Assembly (NCBI RefSeq): GCF_009914755.1
Contig: NC_060927.1
Reading direction: 5' to 3' (one strand)
From: the human T2T-CHM13v2.0 reference genome, Homo sapiens
Length of the DNA: 64,000 nt
Shown: piece by piece, positions 24,653-44,563 of the stretch
Layout of the letters: every line of letters starts with the position of its first letter
Numbering within the stretch: the stretch's first letter is position 1
Position numbers and translations under genes: made by a program
Notes under the pieces: model-generated
What the model saw: only the letters and a program-made list of their open reading frames with translations
What the model was told of the DNA's origin: nothing
Database searches by the model: none

Positions 24653-25185
24653 ATAACCACTCCATACTAGAAAGTGGTTTTTTTTGCAAGGACCAAATCC
24701 TGTAATTACAGCAGGTTTGTTACTAACTCATTTGCTGTCATGCAAGCTCTTCCCTGCTCTTCCCTTTCCTGAATTTCTGCTTTCCTTTTCCATGACCATG
24801 GAAATACTGTCCAGGAAAGAATTCCACCAAAAATTAGTTTTTATATCTGAAAATAAGATCAGTTAAGGTACTAAAAGAAAACTTCTTTGGGCATTGTCCA
24901 GCTTATAATACTGCCCTTTTATAATCAACCCACAAAGATAAATCAAGGAATAAACTTATCAATAACCAAAAAGGTCCACATCCATGCCAATAAATTTATA
25001 AAAATTAAAAAATACACTACAAATCAGATATTGAAAGTGCATGCAAATTCTCTTATGAGAACTGTCTTGCAACCTGACAGGATATTAAAAAAATAGAAAC
25101 TAAAAATTCAATAAATAAATAAAAAGAGAACTGTCTCAACATAGAAAACAATCAAATAAATATGTACACTGAGTCAGAAAATTAT

Positions 25186-25191
25186 TTTAAT
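25186..25191 (-). terminator. MIX23: Probable MIX23 polyadenylation signal ATTAAA
   Basis: TTTAAT on + strand ~255 nt past the stop, followed on the - strand by TGTACA and a T/GT-rich tract (tatttatttgattgttttct). Confidence 0.6.
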
Positions 25192-25402
25192 AGTTACAAA
25201 ATTTTTTTTTTTTTTTTTTTTACAGAATCAGTATAAAATAGCAGTTGATTTCTCCATAATTATCAGAATTATTTATACTTGAGGTCTTGGCTAAGTGGGG
25301 CTGAAATCAACAAAAGGTCTTGGACTGTTGGCTCAGAAATCATCCTAGAAAGCCCGCCCTGTTGATATCTGTCATGCTTAGCTCTTATGAGATGACCCAG
25401 TC

Positions 25403-25439
<37 letters not shown>

Positions 25440-25447
25440 ATCTCTCT

Positions 25448-25498
25448 TTATTCATTCTTTGGAGGCTTGAAGTGAATTCGGCAGCGTTCATTAAACAC
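25448..25498 (-). CDS. MIX23: MIX23/CCDC58 terminal coding exon 5
   Basis: ttttag|GTGTTT...GAATAA; VFNERCRIHFKPPKNE-stop; the five exons join into an open 144-codon frame. Confidence 0.96.
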   Translation of the reverse strand: MFNERCRIHFKPPKNE

Positions 25499-26371
25499 CT
25501 AAAATATTGAAACAGAAACAAAAGTCATTGAGTTATCCTGCGTAAATCAGGCCTGGAACTAAATTCAATTTAGTAGGCTCCAAAAGGCTATTACCATTTT
25601 TGTCCTAAGTCAACAGATTTAGGAAACAGAAGAGTTTCCTCAGCAGTTCAAACTGACTTATGAGGTGCCAAATGCACAGAAGGCCTTGACATCCATTTAC
25701 AAGACAATTCTAGTATTTTAATAAAATTTAAGTTACTTCGGGAAAAAATCATCAAGAGCCAGGTAATTTAGTTACTAGCAAACATTTCAATTTCATATTC
25801 TGGACATTTTTTAAACAACAACACAAAAATATCTAAAATAAGTTAAATAAAGAATGCTCAATAACTAAATGTCCACATGGAACTGTGTTAAATAAAAATT
25901 TGGTATGGTTATTCAATGGAATACATGCAAGGTTAAAAATAATTTATGTTCTGATTTAAAAAGATCTCCAAGATTATCAAGGGAAAAAAAAGTGTGAATA
26001 GTACAGTTTCACTTGTGTAACAAAGGTAGAAAAATACACACACACATAAAATTAGAAAAGGTTTGAGTATCTGAAAGCATATACCATCTTTCAGAGGGAA
26101 GGGAAAGTAGGAGGTAGCTGAAGGAGAGGGACAGAAGGCAGAATTTTTACTGTATATTACTATTTTTAAAATTTTTAAAACATTTTTAATATTAAAAAAA
26201 TTTAAATCATGTCAAAAATTTTAAGTGTCCAATTATAACAATTCTGAAATTGAAAAGAATTTTTTCTCAGAATTTACCCCCATACATCATTAATGTAAAG
26301 AACAAATCACTTTTTAGGTTAAAAAAAAACAAACTACCTATGTTGGCTGCCATTGACTATTATAAAAATAA

Positions 26372-28358
<1,987 letters not shown>

Positions 28359-28546
28359 TAACTGCATCCTGCTCTCCCTACCCTCCCCCCGCCCCCAAAA
28401 GGTTACAATCCTCAATTGTAAATGTAAACGAGTGATCTCTACTTTCCTTACAGCCTCAAGGCACTCTTTACTCCCCCTCCCTTGGTTTCCCTTTGCTAGT
28501 TCAGTTTCCCTCCTACTTCTTTCCAAACACCAACATTATTTTATAC

Positions 28547-28606
28547 CTTCCAGCTCCTGTCATTTACCACTTCTTCAACATTCAGTTCTGACTGCATCCA
28601 TTTCAA
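28547..28606 (-). CDS. MIX23: MIX23/CCDC58 coding exon 4
   Basis: ttgcag|TTGAAA...TGGAAG|gtataa; 60 nt = LKWMQSELNVEEVVNDRSWK. Confidence 0.96.
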
Positions 28607-30019
28607 CTGCAAGAAAAAAAAAAATTGAAGTTATAAAATTTAAAGAGCAAGAAAAAAAACTGAAGTTATAAAATTTAAAGAGCTAAAACCACACTCATGT
28701 TTACCCAACAAAACCTGCTACTGCTCTAGTATTTTTGTCTGTTAATGGCAGAGTTTGGAAGCTTCTTTGACACAATCAGCTTTCCCCATATCTAATCAAT
28801 TGCTAATCTCAAACTTTGCTGCATATCCTAATCACCTTGAGAGCTTTAAAAAAAAAATATCCCAAGGCCAGTCAGTTCACAGAAGACATACAAAAGGCCA
28901 GTAAACATAACAAAATGCCAATCTTACTCCAGTATAAAGAAATGCAAATTAAGCCATAACATGGCAGAATGAATAAGTTTGATAAAACCTAACATTAGTG
29001 AAGGTATGTGAAAAGATATACTCATATATTCTTAGTAAGAGTATAAATTGTTACAAAATCTATGGAGGGCAATTTGGCAAGAATCATAGGAAATGTACAT
29101 TCTCATGTCCTTGAACCCAGGGATTCCAGTTCTAGAGATTGATCATACAACTACAGACTTGCAAAGATAGCACAGAGGAAAAAAAGGACAAGGAAGTGCA
29201 AACCTGACCTGAATAGAGAATTAAGAAAAAAAACCCTCAGGGAGGAAAGAGAATATACATGGAAGTGATCTAGAAAGGCATGCGTTTCCTCACACCTTAA
29301 CCATACAGTCAGAGGTCTCAGGCTAAAAATGCCAAGTCTTTCTAGCTTTCTTTATAACTGCCAACCTAATTACTCCAACAGAAAAGTAGCCAATTCCATT
29401 GCCAGGCCCTGAGAGCAGGACTCACCATACTCCCAGTAGCATTTTGTTAGAGGACTTGAAGGGGAAAAAGCTGGCTAGTTCCAGGCAGAAGGCTTGAAAA
29501 TATTCAGGAAAATGAGGAGAAAAAAGCATGAACTATAGGTTGATGCCAACTAAGAGGTTAACACCAGGATGATTTCCTCAGGCCAAAGTGAAGAACCCAG
29601 GCCAGATTTGGGAACAAAATGTCAGAAAGCTCAACAAGATCTGGGCAAGCATGAATCTGACACCTAGGCCAAAGACCCTGGCCAACCAGGAGCGCAGTTC
29701 AGGCAGGAGGTTTGAGAAATTTGTGGCAACAACGATAAGAATGGAACTTCGGACAGATCCAATGGCTCCTTGCAAACTCCCTTCTTAGATTCAGAACTGG
29801 CGTCAAAGCGTAGGCCTGTACATATGGCTAGAACTGTGGAACAAGGAGAAGGACTCATTCTGACAATTAGTTCTGTGCTGTGCAGTAGTAACAAGCCTGA
29901 AGAAGCCCACCAATGCAACCTAAGTTCCCATTTTAATCAGCCATACAGACCAAAATCATTAAAGCTCCACTTCTCTGACAAAGCCTGGACTGACTGCCAA
30001 AGAAATAATTTCAGTTGAA

Positions 30020-30330
30020 GAACAGTGTGAAAGTCACTAAGATAGTCTTCAAAACTGCTCTCAAATATTTAAAGGGATACTATGTAGAAAAGGGTTCAGA
30101 ATTATCCTGGGTAACTCCAGAGAGAAGATTAAGAAGCAGTACTTATATATCATGGGAGCAGAATTTCACAATATGAAAATCTTCGAACATTAGAACTGTC
30201 CAAAAGAGAATACCCTGACACTGAGACAGGGAATCCTCCCCTGTCACAACACCCTGCCCTTAAGCAGTAGTGAAACAAAAGCTAGAAACCACTGGTTGGT
30301 GATATGACAAAGAAGATTAATGCAACAAAT
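30020..30330 (+). mobile_element. Ancient CR1/L3 3' fragment
   Basis: tcaaatatttaaagggatactatgtagaaaaggg...attagaactgtccaaaa resembles the L3 3' end. Confidence 0.55.
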
Positions 30331-31471
30331 ATGGAGTCCCAGAGACTCATAAAGGAAAGAAACTGCTACTTTGTAGCAGCCAATATGCTAGCTCTTACTT
30401 ACATCCTTGAATCCTCCCCACACATGCCCCCCAGAAATAAGAAGTTATTAGGTATCAACTCCATTTTACAGATTCAAAATCAGACTTTTCAGAACAATTA
30501 ATACACAAGGTTACAAAGCCACCAAGGTAGGTGGGATTTATTTCCTCAGAGCTGTCTGCCTTTGGATTATTTTTTAAAATTCTACAACATTGCAGATATT
30601 ACAGCCAATTTCTAATACAATTTTATCAGTGCTACCAACAAACTGTCACCTTTGAGACAGTTGTCTTTGAGACTGTAGGTCTTCAACAGGTAAACTTAAG
30701 GCCACTAACATGTGACAGCAGTTATAGAGGTCCAGCAACGAAGGTGCTTTTTTTGAGTTAAATATTCAGGTAAACTAGTGGGGATTTTTTGACTGGCATC
30801 TGTCTATAAATGAAATATACTCACTAAAGTATCTGACTATTAGTCACAACTTAAAGAAACTGACTGAATGCAGGGTCAGAAGAGATGGGTTAAAGTCCCA
30901 GTTCTACCACTTACTAGCTTGTGGCTTTGGGGGTGTCAGTTAGTATCTCAAGTATCTCTGAGTCTTTTTCCTCAGATAGAAAATGAAGAGGTAGAGCTGT
31001 ACCATCTCCAAGAGCTCTCTCTGATTCCATAATCTTCATAGCAAACTTGAAAATTGAAAAAAAAAATTCACATTTCCTTATTTGCTTATGTACTACCCCA
31101 TGGTTACCCCCAACCCTATATGTTATCAAGCTAGAAAGCAAACCTCATGCAACTCACTGATTGGTTTCTAAACCCTCCTTGCAGTGGTCATCCTGGTGAT
31201 TCTATCTGGGCCCTAAAGACACAAGGGCAGATCTCAAGGCTGAGCAAATTGTGTGTCACAATCATTCCCAAACACTCAGTAGAGTTTTGAACTTTGCTCT
31301 CCACTAATGAGTCACTCTGTTGTTTGACTTGATCTGCAAACAGTGACTTTTCAGTTTCCAATTTAACAGCCTTTGCCCTGCAGTTTCCTTTGTCAACACC
31401 TTCAAGGGCGTTGAAATACAAACTCCAAAATTACTAGACTTTCACCAGTTTTATATAAATTATCTATATGC

Positions 31472-32508
31472 CGGCTGGACACGGTGGCTCATGCCTGTAA
31501 TCCCAGCACTTTGGGAAGCTGAGACGGGCAGATCACAAGGTCAGGAGTTCGAGACCAGTCTGGCCAACATGGTGAAACCCTGTCTCTACTAAAAATACAA
31601 AAAAAAATTAGCTGGACGTGGTGGCAGGCACCTGTAACCCCAGCTACTAGGGAGGCTGAGGCAGGAGAATCTCTTGAACCTGGGAGGCGGAAGTTTCAGT
31701 GAGCCAAGATTGCACCACTGCACTCCAGCCCAGGCGATAGTGCGAGACTCCATCTCAAAAATAAATAAATAAATAAATAATCTATATGCCTTCATGAACA
31801 GCAAGGGGAGTAAGATCAACATCACTGCATAAGGTCACTGTCCAAGGGATCCACCAGTGCCTGTGGCATGAGCAGGTATGGAATACAGACCTGACGCAGT
31901 AGTCATGAACAAAGAGAGCAGCAAAGACAGTGGCTGAGTCCTGGATCCAGTGAGACATCCAGAATTGGCGGAATGATCGAAAAAGTGCAGCAGCCTGGCC
32001 TACTCACCTTGTGTGCAGCCAGCTACAAGGAAAGAGGTTTCTTTTCTTTTCTACTAATAGTTTTCAATAGATGACGAGGTCCCCTTTTCAAAGTTCAGCT
32101 ACATCTACTAAACAAAGGGCAAACTTCATGACTGTGCAGTATGAAAAGCATGACTCAATCCCACAAGGATCCGTAAGTCACCTATTATGCCATCTTAAAA
32201 TACAAACATGAAGTCAGGTGTGATGGCTCACACCTATAATCCTAGCACTTTGGGAGGCTGAGGAAGGTGGATCACTTTGAGCTCAGGAGTTTGAGATAAA
32301 CCCGTGTAACATGGTGAGACTCCATCTCTACCCAAAATACAAAAAATAAGCTGGGTGTGGTGGTTCGCGCCCGTAGTCCCAGCTACTGGGGAGGCTGAGG
32401 CAGGATTGCTTGAGCCCCAGAACCAGAGGTTGCAGTAAGCTGAGATTGCAACACTGCACTCCAGCCTAGGTGACAGAGTGAGACCCCATCTCAAAAAACA
32501 AAAAAAAA
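31472..32508 (+). mobile_element. Two Alus in MIX23 intron 3 (~31472-31780, ~32212-32508)
   Basis: Alu motifs; TSD tctatatgcc around the first. Confidence 0.92.
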
Positions 32509-33723
32509 CCATGATTTTGATAATTGTACACTGGTCCTGTAGGAAAAGTCCCTGTTCTTAGAAATAACTAATGAGTTTAAGGGTAAAGTGGTACAATGTG
32601 TATAACATAGTCTCAAAATGGTTCATGAAAAAACTGTATTTATGCATACAGGTGTGTGGGGAGACAGGGAGAGGGAGGAAGGCAGGGAAGGATGAAGAGA
32701 AGGAGAGAGGGAGGGTGAAGAGAAGGAGAGAGGGAGGGTGAAGAGAATGAACTGTAAAGCAGGTGGGGCAACATATAAACAATAAGTGAATATAGGTAAA
32801 GGGCACATGGGAGTTCCTTACACTATTCTTACAACTTTTTGGTAAGTTTGAAATTATACAAGATAAAAAGTTACCCCCTAAGAGTCCCCTCAAAAGAAAG
32901 ACAGCAATAAATCCCACATAATAAAATATGCTGTATTTTTCTATTGTTTCCTTGACACGTCACATACAAGTGCTGTAAAGAAACAGTTCTGCTGCATTAA
33001 CTGTATTCTGAAGTCTACACCCTATCTACATTATAGTTGATTTGGGAAAATAAGGCTTCCTCTGACACATCCCTAGGTAGGTACTTGCTATTTTCTTAAA
33101 AGTAAAAACACTGCAGGGATAGGGGAGGAAATGGGAAAAAGTCATGTCCAAGAAAAAGCCAAATATCCCTAGCAACTTTTACACAGTAGGGAAATAAATT
33201 ATAATGAGGTACAAGTAAATCTGGTTATATTTAAATCATACTATATTTTTATGGCTAACGAGGGTAATATCCTGAAGTTAAATAGTCTATATTACATTTC
33301 AGCAGATTTCTACACAATGAAACTGGAGCTATTTCCAAAATATATTAGAGATGTTTTTCTCAGGTTATGTCTCAAAAGGCAGATACTGTACAGATGTGAT
33401 TTCCCCAGAATTTCTGATGTGGTACTTCACCTGTAGTGATCCCTTGTCTTTAATAGTGGGAAAGAAACAAAGAAATGAAAATAAATTATGACTGTGCTTA
33501 TTTTAGACAAAGCTGCTATGCTGCATTTGTTCAAGAAGTGCACATTAATTTACCAATTAATAACTAAACATAATAAAATAAAGCTCACTAAAAATGAAGC
33601 ACTAATCTCTTGATCATTTTTTTAAGTAACTGCCATATTATATGCCAAAATTTTCATATTAAAAATTTTACTTTGAAGGCTACAATTGGAAAAACTTTGC
33701 CTGAGAAATGTTAATTCTGTTCA

Positions 33724-33876
<153 letters not shown>

Positions 33877-35285
33877 CTAAAAGAACAAAGGAATGAAAGG
33901 AGAAAAAAAAACTGCATAAATTTATCACATTTTAGTGTTTTTCAAAAAAATCCTTGAGACTATAGAAATTCAATACTTTCTAAAACAATTTCTGACGACT
34001 GAAACCATGAAAGAGAAGATTGTGTTGAATCAGCTACCTCATCTAAAAACATAACTGGCAGCATCTCTGAGGGTGGAAGGTATGAGGTCTGGGGCTGTCC
34101 TCTTCCTCAATATGCTCCTGGTATTGACTTCAGCTTTCCTTCTGCATTCCCCAAGCTGGGCTTTTCTCACTTCAGTTTCCTCTGCCCTACACCACTGACT
34201 TTCCCCATGATTCCATTCATGTGTTCCTCTATTCTACAACCACCCGCACACACCTGGCCACTTAAACGGCTATTCTTCCTCTCTTTGTCCTTTCATATTT
34301 TTTCCTGTCTCACATTGTCAACAAGTGAAAGAAATTATAAACTAAGTCATGTATAGAAGATTTCATTACAATAAATAACAAAGAATGCTACCTTTACCTT
34401 CGCAAGACAGAGCCCTTTTCAAGATTATAAAATATAAGTATTGATAAGGAAAACTTATATATGAAGCACAGATTAGTGGTTGCATCAATTGTGTGTGCTT
34501 ATTGAAATTAAGGATGTCTGACAGAACAACTCTTGATAACCTCCATCTTAATGCAACAAATTAATAAAAACATTTCTCATTTATTTCCCATCTTGATTCT
34601 AAAGTATCATGGTCATGTTTCAAACATACTTCCATAATCATAGCCACATTTTGATAATACCCCAAAATCTGCATTTGTTAAACATTGTTTCAAGTTCATA
34701 GACTCTATTGTTCAGTATTGATTTTTATGTTTACCATGGGAATAAACAATGTAAAGCTAGAAAAATGTCATAGATTGAAGGGAATATGCTCTAATAAGAT
34801 CTCATTGAAATTTACAAGTTTTACCTTGAGTATACTTTTGAGATTTGAAATTTCTAAAATGAGTGCTTCATAATAACCTTACTGATCAACTCCTAGGAAG
34901 AAGCGTTATTTGAAAAGGCAAATATCCCTTCTTCAGCTACAGAAGGAAGCTGGGTCAGGGATTAAAGTCAGGGTGAACATGAGCAACTTGGATATTTCAT
35001 AGAGTTCTGCTTCTTGACTGACATAATACTTAAGGGAACTCAGTGGTGCTTATTGGTATGGGCACTCTGCTGCAGGCTCGATCCCTGGCACAAAGCTACT
35101 TGAAAAATTAAGCTTTACTTGATATACATGTTGCTGAATCCTTCCAGGATATAGATACAGAGAAAAACTCAAACACACACACAGGATTTCCAAAACAGAA
35201 GAGTTCTAAATTTAGTATGCAAGCTTATCCTGATTCAACAAGGAGATAAAAAACAACAACTTGTGATTCTCACAGGGCCTGTTAA

Positions 35286-36063
<778 letters not shown>

Positions 36064-37180
36064 TCAAGGTTACCCAGCTAGGAGGTAGCAGATGTGAGAT
36101 TAATCTAGATCTAGAGTCCATATTGTTAATCACTACACTATAAACGTCTAGGTTAATAGGAAGATTGTAAATGGAAACAATTTTATAGATTATGGAGATT
36201 ATATGAGTAGTGAGGTGAGAGAGGGAGTATCACCAAAGTGACCATAAATTCTAGTTCTTCAGACAGAGGTACCCAAAGAAAGTGAACTGTCAAACAACCT
36301 CATAGCCAATTAGGACTAGGTCCCATCCTGTCGACTCCCAATACTGAATTCTACTCATTAAAGTCCACAATCTTATGATTTTCTCAAAGAAGACTTACCT
36401 GCTCATTTAAAATAACATACTTTAACACAGAACAAAAATATCAGTAGTTAATGCTCTGAATTTAACTGACATGGATAAGCTTGTCCAAAACTGATCTGAG
36501 AAAGGCAGTTTAGGTTTTAAGGATGCCTTCTTTACGACTATGAATCCAAACAGTAACCTTGTGGTAGAGCTTAAAATAGCAAGTGTCATTTGAACTTTAG
36601 CTTCCAAATTACTAAAAGAATATAGGTAAATAAACTATAAAAAAGATTTTGCTGCATCATTATTTCCTTCTGCTTTTGGAGACTAAAAAAGAGAAATAAA
36701 GGGGGGCAATGAAAAATGTATACTTGAGAAACCAAAGCCTCAGGAAAGGACAACTGATCCACTGGCTTTCCTTCTCTCCCAGTTGCCAAATGCTTCTATT
36801 CCCCTTCCTGAGGAGTGAGAAAAAGAAGGTTTAAAGGTGTGAAGGGTTTTAATTCTTCCTTGTACCAGCTGCCTGGCTTTTTAGGACTGACGTGCTCACA
36901 TTCCTTGCTCTTGTTACTGTTTTACTTCACTGTTTCACTCTCCTCCTTTCATTCCTTTGTACATAAGGTCTCCTTAAGTTAAAGGCTACAAAACAACTGC
37001 TCCCATTCTTTAGAACCATTTCTTCCCAGGTTTGGTAAGATTTCACAAGCGTAAGGTCACACATTTTCTTTAATGTGTAGTAACCAGATCAAAACTTATA
37101 TACACCATCAGGTATAGGCAAAGAAAAGATGTCATTCCTTTAGTCACAGTCGAGTTACAAGATAACTGATTTCTTATTCA

Positions 37181-37357
<177 letters not shown>

Positions 37358-38090
37358 CTATATGTATTTAAAATAAAAGAATATAACCCAAATGGAAAGT
37401 TAGTGACAAAAAATAAGCATTTAAGTAAAAAATAAAGCTCTTGGATATTTTACAATCCTTTAAGTCAGGAGTGAGGAAACCAAGCCAAATACATGCAACC
37501 ATAAGAAAATGTTCAAGGACAATAGGTAGGTTAAGTAATGGTAATCCTAACAGTGGGCACCAACTCTGCCTCCTTGGCTCAAATGTGATTGTCTTAAGGG
37601 TTAAGACTGTTTTACTCATGTTGAAATCCCATTTGCTGGCACGGTGTTTAGCAAACAGTGTATGCTCCTTCCACCTCCAGCATACAGCCAATAAAGTGTA
37701 CTACTAGTTTTTATTTTTTCTTAGTAACCATAGCTCATATGTTCCAAGGATCCATCTTACCTCAGAAAGCCTCCAACTCTCAAAAAAAAAAAAAAAAAAA
37801 AAAAAACCAACAGAAAAATAATATCAAAAGGGCAGGGAACTTAAAAAGACTGGTAGTAAGTACCTACACAGCACAACCCCTCCTACCCACATATGATCAG
37901 TGTACTTCTTTTCACTTGTCACTAGAGAAAGGCTGGACATCAGCTACATCTCGTCTTCAGTTAAACTCTGGGAGAAGTTTCTGGCAGTATATCTTTCTTT
38001 TTAGTTTCTCAAATTTACAAAATATTCAAACAAGAACAAGAACAACAACAACAACAACAAAACACAGCCACTTAAAAAGCATCAAGAAAA

Positions 38091-39125
<1,035 letters not shown>

Positions 39126-39882
39126 TGAAGATATTTTAAATAGTTGCGTTTAAGTATTCTATCCTGTTCAAGCACAACTCATTTGGCCACTTTCTCATTA
39201 ACAAACATTTAGGTTGTTTCCAATTATAAACCATTTAGCCCATTCAATCTAAGTCTGTAGTCTAGATTCTGTTCTATCATTCCACTAATTTTTAATTAGT
39301 GAATTTAATGGCCTTTTCTATACCTCAATCTAGAAGTGAAACGGCTTGCAGAAGGCTCATAATTCAGACTAATAAAACACTAGCAAATATCAGGTCTAAA
39401 ACCAAGTTCATTATCTTCTCGTCCTGTATCTTTCTATTTTTTTAATAGTATTCTCTGTAAACTGGAATTCTTAAGGAATAATCTCAATGCATTCATTGGG
39501 CAACCACCACACATAGTGAAGGATATATGTATTGTGCTTAAGTGGTAAATTCCAAACAAATGATGGCAGTACTATTTGGGGAGTCCAAAAAAAAAAATAG
39601 GTAAGTAGAAGACAGGGACCTACCTTGCCACTTTACCTCCTATGACTGGCCTATTTTTTTTTTTTTTTTTTTAAAAAAAGCCTCTTTAAATTCTCTTTCA
39701 AAACCTTCCTTTTCGCTATCTAAACTGAACTGATCTTCTGAGGCCAAGGGTTAAGTTGTGCCTTTTGGATAGAGGTTTCCTTGGTTATGAAAGCCCTCAG
39801 CAATATTTGTCTTTAAATAATGCAGCAGTAAGAGACAGTATCACAGAGCTCATTATTTATTAACTCATTCTTCATATAATTA

Positions 39883-40220
39883 CTGTCATCCCTTAGTATC
39901 CATGGGGGTTTGGTTCCAGGTCCTCCTATGGTTAACAAAATCCAAGGATGCTCAAGTCCCTGATATAAAATGGCACAATATTTGTATATAACCTATGCAC
40001 ATCCTTCCATATACTTTAAATAATCTCTAGATTACTTATATCTAATACAATATAAATGCTATGTAAATAGGTGTTAGTTACACTGTATTGTGTAGGGTAT
40101 GATAACAAGAAAAATGTCTGTACATGTTCAGTATGGATGCAACTTTTTTTTCAACTATCTTCGATCCACGGTTGATTGAATCCATGGATGTAAAACCCAT
40201 AGATATGGGAGGGCCAACTG
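39883..40220. mobile_element. MER2 (Tigger-family MITE)
   Basis: ctgtcatcccttagtatccatggggg...gatatgggagggccaactg termini. Confidence 0.8.
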
Positions 40221-43770
<3,550 letters not shown>

Positions 43771-43974
43771 TCGTTTGACATTTCCTGGGGTTTGTGTTGA
43801 CTCTGAACTTTAACCAGTTTTGAGTTTGAACACTTTAGCCCGATTCATCTCCAATAAAACAATTTGGACATACTACTAAATTCCTTACATAGCAATGGGA
43901 ATCTATCCACATTAACTATGTAATGAGTCCATCAATTTTATTGTATTACCAGTGGAACCTATGGATTATCAAAT

Positions 43975-44315
43975 AGTCATGTAGTGCTTAATGACAAGGA
44001 AACATTCTGAGAAATGTGTCATTGGGTGATTCTGTTGTGTGAACATCATAGAGTGTACTTACACAAACCTAGATGGTATGGCCTACTTACACACTTAGGC
44101 TATATAGTATAGATGATTGCTTTTAGGCTACAAACCTATACAGCAGGTTACTGTACTGAATGCTGTGGGCAACTGTAACACAGTGATACTTGTGTATCTA
44201 AATATATCTACATATGGAAAAGGTGCAGTAAAAATATGGTGTTATAATCTCATGGGACCACCGTTGTATATGTAGTCAGTCACTGACTGAAACATCATTA
44301 TGTGGAGCATGACTC
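43975..44315 (+). mobile_element. Tigger3a/MER7A MITE
   Basis: agtcatgtagtgcttaatgac...catcattatgtggagcatgact inverted termini. Confidence 0.85.
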
Positions 44316-44361
44316 TGTATCAATTTTTCTGTGTGTACTAGAGAATTATCAATATATGATC

Positions 44362-44563
44362 TAGAGCTTGCCTTTAACATGGCAGACATTAGCCATGTGA
44401 GATTATTTAAATTAAAATTAAATGCAATTTAAAATTTAGTTCCTTAATTGCACTAGTCACATTTCAAGTATTCAAGAGCCACCTGTTGCTAGTGGCTATC
44501 ATATGGAGATAGCATAAATGCAAAACATTCCCACCATCACAGAAAGTCCTACTGGACAGTGCT
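44362..44563. mobile_element. MER3 (hAT-Charlie)
   Basis: ttgcactagtcacatttcaagtattcaagagccacctgttgctagtggcta...gaaagtcctactggacagtgct. Confidence 0.75.

Noticed and set aside
29578-30018. Four overlapping ORFs suggesting a processed pseudogene or hidden gene
   Set aside because: No recognisable protein in frames I translated, no poly-A tail or TSD; a BLAST search would be needed to say more
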